From: Leptospiraceae bacterium
Lineage (GTDB): Bacteria > Spirochaetota > Leptospiria > Leptospirales > Leptonemataceae
Direction of reading: 5' to 3'
Length of the DNA stretch: 64,000 nt
NCBI GenBank assembly: GCA_040217195.1
Contig: JAVJNR010000001.1
Location: 64,001-128,000 of the forward strand
The notes beneath the pieces are model-generated. The model made no database searches and was not told the origin of the DNA. It was given only the letters and a program-made list of their open reading frames with translations. Below are positions 57,186-64,000 of the stretch, in pieces (the first letter of the stretch is position 1; each line of letters starts with the position of its first letter). A program made the translations under genes and the position numbers.

Positions 57186-59177
57186 TTGAACATACTTGAA
57201 CAAATCCTTTCCGTAATATCCGGTGCCCTGGATGGGGCCATCAATGCAATGCGAGATCCCGGCCGACGTGGCTCGGATCGAATAGTTACTGTGGGTCGCC
57301 GTCGACTGGATCAATTCAAGTATGCTTTGATCCAATTAAGGCCCACAGAAGAGGTTTGCGAGGAGCTGGTGGATTTCCTGGTAGATTATCTACAGTCGGA
57401 TCATATTGGAATCTACCTCTGGGATGAAAGCGAAGGAACCTTTTCGCTTCAAAAGGAAATGCCTGGAGTTCGCCATGGCTGGAGAGTGTTTGAGCCATTC
57501 TTGATGCACATGGCAGATCACGATGCAATTATTCAGAGGGATCAGCCTGTGCCTGGATTGCTGCCCGAGGTGGCAGCCCAGAGAGATAGTTTCTTCAAAG
57601 AGACCAATTCTGAGGTTATCTTACCACTGGTATTGAATGAATCTTTGCTTGGTATCTTATTTATTGGCCCGCCTGGAACTATAGATTGGACTGCGGCTCG
57701 ACTGAATGCTCTAAGCGAAGTACGATCCCTGGTAACCATGGCTTTGAGCAATTCCATCCTTTATGCCCGCTTACAGGGAATCCTGGAGCACCTGGAAGAA
57801 AAGGTTAAGGAGAGGACCAGAAAACTGGAGGAAACCCAGGCTCATCTGGTTCAGTCAGAAAAGATGGCCATGCTCGGTGTAATGATTGCCGGAATTGCGC
57901 ATGAGATCAACACCCCTGCAGGAGTGATATTCGGCGGCTCCATGAATCTACAGCAAAACCTGGACGGAGTTCTGGATCATATTCCTGCGCTGCTGGCAAT
58001 CCTGGGCGAAGAGAGATTGCGAGAGCTATTACATTTATCTCTGGAGCAGTCCAGACAGAAGATTCATGTATCCGGTGCATTCAAGAAAAAGAAAGAACTT
58101 CAAAAAGAACTGGAGAATCGTTGGCCAGGAGTGGATCTGCAAAAGCTTGTTGGGCATCTGGTAGAAACCGGCTTCTATAAAGGTTCCGAGGATCTGCAGT
58201 CGGCGGGAATCGGGAAAATCCTATCTGCTTATGAACTGGTTCGCTCGGCAGAGAAAAATGCAATCCAGCCTGAAGCCAATGCGGACTTTCCTCCAGACGA
58301 ACTAAGTGGCAGCGGGAATGTATCCCGGAATCTAGAAGACTCCGGGCCGACGGATGCGAAGGAATCCGAAACAGGAGGCATTCGCAGTCAGACCAGCATT
58401 GAACGCAGATCTCCCCGGGAACAGTTGCTGGAATTCTTGAAATTAATCTCTTCTACCGGAAAAAACCTCAGCAACATCCATGGCTCCATTGAAAGCATTG
58501 TTCGTATTGTTCGAGCTCTAAAGAGCTATTCCCATCCAGGACAGAAAACCTTCGGAGCGGCTCCTGTGGAGGAAGGCTTGAGCAATACATTGATTATACT
58601 GTCTTCGGTCTGGAAGGGCCAACTCCAGGTAAATCGAAACCTGGGCGAAACACCGGAGATCGAATGCGATGCAGATGAGCTAAACCAGGTATGGACAAAT
58701 CTATTCACCAATTCCTGGCAGGCTTTGCAGGGGCAGTCGGATGCTCAAATAACTGTGAGCACTCGCTTTTTGAAAGATGCCAGCTCAGAACTAATAGAAG
58801 AACATAGAAGCGGAAATGGAGTGGTGGCTGCTCTGGTGGGTAAGGTAAAAGGGCCGGCGGTTTGTGTAACCATAGAGGACAATGGTCCTGGAATCCCGGC
58901 GGCTCACATTGAAAAAATCTGGGATCCATTCTTCACCACAAAAGATCAGGGAGAGGGTAGCGGTCTGGGGCTAAGTATTGTTCGTAGAATTGTTGAGGAA
59001 CATGGAGGATCCATCGGTGTGCGAAGTAGAACCACCGACAATACCGGCACGCGATTCACGGTGGCCCTTCCATTGCATCAAGGGGAGGACATGGTTCGAA
59101 AAAAGGAGGCAAGAGGACGAGAGCTTTCGCAGATACGAAACGATAGTCGCAACTCCATGCCTTTTAAGTTTCGCTGA
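57186..59177 (+). CDS. GAF-domain sensor histidine kinase
   Basis: QSEKMA.LG...GIAHEINTP, N box NLFTNS, DNGPGI, DPFFTTK and GSGLGL. Confidence 0.9.
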   Translation: MNILEQILSVISGALDGAINAMRDPGRRGSDRIVTVGRRRLDQFKYALIQLRPTEEVCEELVDFLVDYLQSDHIGIYLWDESEGTFSLQKEMPGVRHGWRVFEPFLMHMADHDAIIQRDQPVPGLLPEVAAQRDSFFKETNSEVILPLVLNESLLGILFIGPPGTIDWTAARLNALSEVRSLVTMALSNSILYARLQGILEHLEEKVKERTRKLEETQAHLVQSEKMAMLGVMIAGIAHEINTPAGVIFGGSMNLQQNLDGVLDHIPALLAILGEERLRELLHLSLEQSRQKIHVSGAFKKKKELQKELENRWPGVDLQKLVGHLVETGFYKGSEDLQSAGIGKILSAYELVRSAEKNAIQPEANADFPPDELSGSGNVSRNLEDSGPTDAKESETGGIRSQTSIERRSPREQLLEFLKLISSTGKNLSNIHGSIESIVRIVRALKSYSHPGQKTFGAAPVEEGLSNTLIILSSVWKGQLQVNRNLGETPEIECDADELNQVWTNLFTNSWQALQGQSDAQITVSTRFLKDASSELIEEHRSGNGVVAALVGKVKGPAVCVTIEDNGPGIPAAHIEKIWDPFFTTKDQGEGSGLGLSIVRRIVEEHGGSIGVRSRTTDNTGTRFTVALPLHQGEDMVRKKEARGRELSQIRNDSRNSMPFKFR

Positions 59178-59180
59178 AGT

Positions 59181-60677
59181 CTACTCGGCCCAGTCCTTCA
59201 CTCGGCCGATGGCCTTGTTCCAGTAATGAATTTCTCTTTTGCGTCTTCCAGGTTCCATGGCAGGCTTGAAAACAGTTTTATCGCCCATCAGTTTAAGTAG
59301 ATCCTTCGCATCCTTCCAGATTCCAGCATGAATCCCTGCCAGATAAGCAGATCCCAGAGCTGTGGTGTCAACATTGGCCGGTCTTTCCACTGGCTTATTC
59401 AAGATATCTGCCTGGAACTGCATTAGATAGTTATTGGCTGTGGCTCCTCCATCCGCTCGGAGAAAAGGTAGATCCTGTCCGGTATCCTTTTCCATGGCGC
59501 TGACCAGGTCATAGGATTGGAAGGCTATAGACTTCAAGGCCGCTCGTGTAATTCGCGCCGGATCTGTATCCCTTGTAAGTCCAAAGATTGCGCCCCGAGC
59601 ATTCATATCCCAGTGAGGTGCACCCAGGCCGCTAAAGGCTGGAACAAAAACTACATCGTCTTCTTCATCTTTAATATTCTCGATCAATCCTTCCGTATCC
59701 GGGGCCTGAGCAAAGAATCGAGCATAATCCCGGAGCCACTGCACAACTGCACCGGCGATAAAAACCGCTCCTTCCAGAGCATAGCATACGCCTCCCTGTC
59801 CATCCACCGCAAGTGTGGTTAGAAGACCCTGTTGGCTGATCAGGAACTGATCTCCGGTGTTAAAAAGTAAGAAACAGCCGGTGCCGTAGGTGTTCTTCGC
59901 TTCTCCTGGATTAACGCATACCTGTCCAAAAAGGGCGGCTTGCTGGTCTCCAAGCATGGCGCAGACCGGAATTCCATCGGGCAGGGCCTGGATGCCTCGG
60001 GTTTTTCCAAAGTCTGCACGACTGGGATGCACTTCAGGCAGCATTTTTTTGGGAACTTCAATTAGACGGCACAGGTCATCGTCCCATTTTTTTTCTTCGA
60101 TGTTATAGAGCAAAGTCCTGGAGGCGTTGGTATACTCGGTCTTGAATTCTCCGGTGAGTTTATAGAGTAACCAGCAATCGATGGTGCCTGCATATAATTC
60201 ACCCTTTTCAGCCCTGGATCGGGCCCCGTTCACATTGTCCAGTATCCAGGCTATTTTGGTTCCGGAAAAATAGGCATCAATGACCAGTCCTGTTTTCTTT
60301 CGGATGGTGGTTTCGTATCCTTTGCCTTTTAATCCCTGACATACACTGGAGGTTCGTCTGCACTGCCAGACAATTGCATTATGGATGGGTTTTCCAGTGG
60401 AATGATCCCATACTACCACGGTTTCGCGCTGATTTGTAATCCCGATGGCCTGACAATCCTTGCCATTCAGTTTTCCTTTCTGGAGCGCCTCACCTATCAG
60501 GTCCTGCACGCCGGACCAGATTTCCTCGGCATCGTGCTCTACCCAGCCAGGTTTGGGGAAGTGCTGCGTGAATTCCTTGTAGGCACTGGAAATTACATTT
60601 CCCGAGGTATCGAAGCAGAACACTCGGGAGCCAGTAGTGCCCTGATCTATGGACATTATAAAATCACTCATGGGCAC
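59181..60677 (-). CDS. glpK: Glycerol kinase
   Basis: IDQGTTGSR, ITNQRET, WQCRRT, GDQQAALFG and KNTYGTGCF motifs. Start may be the ATG at 60671. Confidence 0.97.
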   Translation of the reverse strand: MPMSDFIMSIDQGTTGSRVFCFDTSGNVISSAYKEFTQHFPKPGWVEHDAEEIWSGVQDLIGEALQKGKLNGKDCQAIGITNQRETVVVWDHSTGKPIHNAIVWQCRRTSSVCQGLKGKGYETTIRKKTGLVIDAYFSGTKIAWILDNVNGARSRAEKGELYAGTIDCWLLYKLTGEFKTEYTNASRTLLYNIEEKKWDDDLCRLIEVPKKMLPEVHPSRADFGKTRGIQALPDGIPVCAMLGDQQAALFGQVCVNPGEAKNTYGTGCFLLFNTGDQFLISQQGLLTTLAVDGQGGVCYALEGAVFIAGAVVQWLRDYARFFAQAPDTEGLIENIKDEEDDVVFVPAFSGLGAPHWDMNARGAIFGLTRDTDPARITRAALKSIAFQSYDLVSAMEKDTGQDLPFLRADGGATANNYLMQFQADILNKPVERPANVDTTALGSAYLAGIHAGIWKDAKDLLKLMGDKTVFKPAMEPGRRKREIHYWNKAIGRVKDWAE

Positions 60678-60846
60678 AAAGATTCATCCAGGGCGGTCAG
60701 AATTGCAAGTAGAAACGAAGCTCAATAAGCAAGGCCGGCGGCCAGTGGAAAGGTTCTCGGATAAAGGACAATGGCACCTTTTGAGGATTTGCCGTGTAAC
60801 GACCGCCCTGTAGCGACCCTTGAAGAAAATCCAGGCAATTCAATGA

Positions 60847-61158
60847 TTATCGATCTACTTCAGTGCAACTGGCCCTATCACAGATGGCTTCCAGCTTGTA
60901 CTTCGCGATGCAGCCCGGTTCTACGGTTTGTCCCCCGGAATTTACGAAAGGCTGAACGGTATAGCAATCCACAACCCGGTAGCCTCCCTTTCGGTCAGGA
61001 AGTTTGTAAACGTAGGAGTACTTGATTTGTTGGTTATCCGCCGCTTCCCATTCAGCGGGTAAGGTATAATTTTCGGATTTGAACTGGGTGTATAGCATTG
61101 CACCGCCCACAACCACAAGGCTGCCAATGATTCCCATGATGGACATCTTGCTTTTCAT
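60847..61158 (-). CDS. Small membrane-anchored hypothetical protein with four Cys
   Basis: GGAG SD, N-terminal hydrophobic segment. Confidence 0.6.
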   Translation of the reverse strand: MKSKMSIMGIIGSLVVVGGAMLYTQFKSENYTLPAEWEAADNQQIKYSYVYKLPDRKGGYRVVDCYTVQPFVNSGGQTVEPGCIAKYKLEAICDRASCTEVDR

Positions 61159-61236
61159 GTTTCATTCTCCCGGACACTGGTATTGGCTGCAAGGTCTGCC
61201 AGGTTTTCTCACCTGGCTGGGCCCTAACTGAAGCAG

Positions 61237-61259
61237 AAAAAAGGCGCCCGCAGGCGCCT
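61237..61259 (-). terminator. Intrinsic terminator
   Basis: On the minus strand GGCGCC-tgcg-GGCGCC followed by T6. Confidence 0.8.
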
Positions 61260-61315
61260 AATTACGATTGTAAGATCAATTCAAATCTACTGTATTTCGT
61301 AGTTGATCTGAATTC

Positions 61316-61897
61316 TTAGCTTTTGGCCAGCTTCTTGTAGATCTCAGCTGAGATTCCAAGGCTAACAGGAGTGAGCGCAATAAATCCTATGAAGTAGAGG
61401 AAACCGCCCAGGTATTCGCTGATGGCCATTCCGATGCCAGCTATCAGGAAAATCCCGAACGGAGGCAGAGCTTTCGCAAAAAAGATGGTCCATTTGTTTC
61501 CATAGGTAAGTTCATTACTCTTTCGCAACGCAGCCAGTGGCTCCAGCTTTTGGTCCAAAACTAAAAGGACAGCGAGGCTCCAGGCAGTCAAGAGAACGTA
61601 TCCGGGGAAAAATACCAGAAAGAAGGCTGGCATGACGCCCATGCTTATGAGTCCAACAGTAATAAAGAACTCTCCGAAGGACTTTCTGTATTCAGGATTG
61701 AAGATTTCAGTCATGGATAAAGTTTCGTCGCTTGCCATTTTTGCTGGCAGATTCGCCATACCAATTGTGGTTCCTGCATTCAAATACGGAATCCAAGCAG
61801 TCAATGCCCAGAGAATGCCATTTACAATCAAGGCCGGGGCGTTTTTTAATCCTCGCTGGATACCGTTCTGGATGGTTTCCATTAAATCTAGTTTCAT
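61316..61897 (-). CDS. Integral membrane hypothetical protein
   Basis: GGAGG SD; multiple TM helices; AL.KS.ELT.GNKW.IF motif typical of DUF975-like membrane proteins. Confidence 0.8.
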   Translation of the reverse strand: MKLDLMETIQNGIQRGLKNAPALIVNGILWALTAWIPYLNAGTTIGMANLPAKMASDETLSMTEIFNPEYRKSFGEFFITVGLISMGVMPAFFLVFFPGYVLLTAWSLAVLLVLDQKLEPLAALRKSNELTYGNKWTIFFAKALPPFGIFLIAGIGMAISEYLGGFLYFIGFIALTPVSLGISAEIYKKLAKS

Positions 61898-62145
61898 GGG
61901 TTATTCCTCCAGCTGCCAGAGGGCAGCTAATATTGGCGAACCGATGGTTCGCACAGAGGCAGATTCCAGGGCAATGCCGGCCATCTGTCAATGGTTTTTA
62001 GTTTTCCGCGAGGGCAAAAGTTGGAAAGTCCGATTTTTCCAGTTTTTCTTAACCATGCGAAGGCGTTGACCGGCAGCATCGATAGAGCGTTACAAATCAA
62101 GCATACCAGTACCTGGTACGCTTTACAGGGCCAATGGATGATTCC

Positions 62146-63288
62146 TTACCCGGCTGTCTTCTTGCCCAGATTCAATATATACTGAATGGTAAACGTACCC
62201 ACAATCAGGTTTATGAAAGGGATCACCATTAACAATTCAAGCACCCAGCTTGGATCGTTTCCGGTTTTCTTTTCCAGTCTGCGATAGTAACGGGAGAAAA
62301 TTACTGAGAGTGGAAGAAAGATTCCCAGAAAGGTGACTGAGATTATTGTAAATGGATCATCGCCCATGAGTTTTGCCGTTCGAGCCAGCCAGATAAACAG
62401 ATACAGTCCCTGGGTGGAGCCGATTAGAACTACAAGAGCTATTAAATTAATGTCCAGTCGTCTTGCCTCATTGGCATTTACCCAGGAACCCTGGCTATTT
62501 CCGGGTGCACTTTCTTCCAGAACAGAGCGAAAGCAATGCTTAAACTCGCTCACTTCATTTGTTACAAAAGTGAAATAGGAGGTAATGGTAAGATTTAATC
62601 GCATTAGCCGCAGATGTAGATCCACCAGAGTGAAAATATACTTTCCAGTAATTGCATTGTGAATCCAGATAATGAGCAGGATTAATCCCAGCCCCAGAAG
62701 AATTAGACCTCCCAGGACTCCCAGAACGATTCCGAAGTAGGGTATATGTCTGATGGCCAGTGCGAACAGTAGAAAAACAATACCTAGAGTTACAAGAATG
62801 GCCAGGCGTAATAGAATCCACCTAACCGGTATGTCTTCGGCAACCTTGAAACGAAGCCCCATAAGACCGGTTCCTGCATCGCTGGAGTAAAGATCTACAT
62901 GCGGAACATTGGGAGTCAGTCCCAGAATAGATAGACCTATACGGGTGCGCATATTCAGGAATTTGATCATGAAATAGACCAGCTCTTCGTTGTTCTTTTG
63001 AAGAATCAAAATGTGCACCAGGTTGAGAAGAGCAAGAATGGAATAGGAAAAGCTGTAGAGGATTAGCATGAAAAGAGACGGTAGCAGATAAATCCAGACC
63101 AGGTTGGCAAGAGATAGCAATAGGCCAGGATAGCGCAGGATGGCAGCAACAACGGATAGATCCTGAGCTTCCAGTACCTGTGCCAGTAGTACCAGCAGGG
63201 CTCCCAGAAGACCAATCAATCGGGCCAGATTGGTCCATCGTGCATTTTCACCGTCCGGTCTAACTTTGAATAATATGCTTTTTTCCAT
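62146..63288 (-). CDS. Polytopic membrane protein with C-terminal DUF4234-like segment
   Basis: GAGG SD; many TM helices; GSTQGLYLFIW...TIQYILN resembles the neighbouring ORF. Confidence 0.7.
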   Translation of the reverse strand: MEKSILFKVRPDGENARWTNLARLIGLLGALLVLLAQVLEAQDLSVVAAILRYPGLLLSLANLVWIYLLPSLFMLILYSFSYSILALLNLVHILILQKNNEELVYFMIKFLNMRTRIGLSILGLTPNVPHVDLYSSDAGTGLMGLRFKVAEDIPVRWILLRLAILVTLGIVFLLFALAIRHIPYFGIVLGVLGGLILLGLGLILLIIWIHNAITGKYIFTLVDLHLRLMRLNLTITSYFTFVTNEVSEFKHCFRSVLEESAPGNSQGSWVNANEARRLDINLIALVVLIGSTQGLYLFIWLARTAKLMGDDPFTIISVTFLGIFLPLSVIFSRYYRRLEKKTGNDPSWVLELLMVIPFINLIVGTFTIQYILNLGKKTAG

Positions 63289-63476
63289 TTTCTTCCTCTT
63301 ACTCGGATGCGGTCCTAATTGAAACGTTCAGCCCTCAACAGAATCGAACCATAAGCTGTTTAGACGATAGTAGGCCCAAACACATTGCATAGTGCTAAAG
63401 GAAGACTGAATAGCAGTCAATGATTAATCTGGCTGGATGATCCAGGGAACACCGGCAGCCCGGTGGAAACAATAGA

Positions 63477-63503
63477 GCCGCAAAGGAGGGTCCCCTTTGC
63501 GGC
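63477..63503 (-). terminator. Hairpin after the DUF4234 gene (probable terminator)
   Basis: GCCGCAAAGG...CCTTTGCGGC 10-bp stem; weak U-tract. Confidence 0.55.
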
Positions 63504-63514
63504 ATCATTAGAAA

Positions 63515-63856
63515 TCAAGCTGCGATCTTATTGATACGCTCTTGAATAATATAGAGTGCGGCAGGTGAGAAAAAGATCCCCAGAAGTAAAAGCAATGTGC
63601 CTTCATTTTCTAGAGTTTTTCCGTGTTTTTGTCCGGCCTTTTGTAGCCACTCGCCCATTTTGTAGTACCAGATCAGAGAGTAAATCCCGCAGGTAACAAA
63701 AGATAGAAGTATTACCATCCCCGGGTTTATGCCCTCTTCAGGCAGTTCCTGCGATAGAGCAGCTGAGACCTGGTAAATCCAGATCAGCCCATAGATCCCA
63801 CAGGTTACAAAAGTTAATAGCAGAACCTTAATTGGGTCCTGTACGATTTCCTTCAT
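63515..63856 (-). CDS. DUF4234 domain membrane protein
   Basis: Twice LL(T/S)FVTCGIY.LIW.Y; ends IQERIN. GGAGG SD before the ATG at 63856. Confidence 0.85.
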   Translation of the reverse strand: MKEIVQDPIKVLLLTFVTCGIYGLIWIYQVSAALSQELPEEGINPGMVILLSFVTCGIYSLIWYYKMGEWLQKAGQKHGKTLENEGTLLLLLGIFFSPAALYIIQERINKIAA

Positions 63857-63886
63857 GCGCATTCCTCCAGCAGCAAATCTGGGCGG

Positions 63887-63914
63887 ATTGTAAGGATTCC
63901 CTTTGCCTGGTCAA
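63887..63914 (-). promoter_or_regulatory. Sigma70-type promoter TTGACC-16-TACAAT
   Basis: Near-consensus hexamers about 30 bp upstream of the DUF4234 gene. Confidence 0.55.
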
Positions 63915-63940
63915 GCAGATCATTTTTTGGGAAACGATTT

Positions 63941-64000
63941 CTATGCATCCGGTTTCCTTAGATGGAGCAGGTATTTCTTCAGTACCGATCTTAAAGAGTT
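63941..64000 (-). CDS. Probable 3' end of a gene entering from the right edge
   Basis: Open frame NSLRSVLKKYLLHLRKPDA* ending at 63941. Confidence 0.3.
   Translation of the reverse strand, partial: NSLRSVLKKYLLHLRKPDA

Overview
Core-genome window of a spirochaete, most likely a Leptospiraceae member (Leptonema/Leptospira-like). This is inferred from cfpA, a SpiroCoCo-type coiled-coil protein, a short SMC, MAF/DUF115 genes and several 7TM-DISM and SpoIIE sensors. It holds about 45 CDSs. Housekeeping genes are smc, glpX, PBP1A, a DAHP synthase, trxB, bcp, pepA, queD, recX, rsgA and glpK. There is also a cfpA cytoplasmic-filament cluster ending in an atypical PPDK, a TolC/adaptor/CzcA-type metal efflux operon and many signalling proteins. 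I recognised no rRNA, tRNA, CRISPR array, transposase or phage gene. Best candidates for new biology: (1) a secreted leader ORF ending ...LLPPSHAPPAA, whose Pro-Pro codons pair perfectly with the Shine-Dalgarno of the downstream TolC/CzcA operon, suggesting arrest-peptide control; (2) a 3 x ~130-bp hairpin array upstream of a citrate-synthase paralogue, rich in CsrA-type GGA loops on the minus strand; (3) a PPDK with intact PEP/His domains but a degenerate ATP-grasp domain in the cfpA locus; (4) a Fur-box-like palindrome ahead of two tiny Cys/His proteins; (5) several apparent pseudo-enzymes (His-less kinases, His-less citrate synthase); (6) an omega-like protein with a long acidic tail; (7) an A10 / A_AAA_AAG slippery site hiding a C-terminal extension. 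All family calls come from motif recognition by eye, with no database search.
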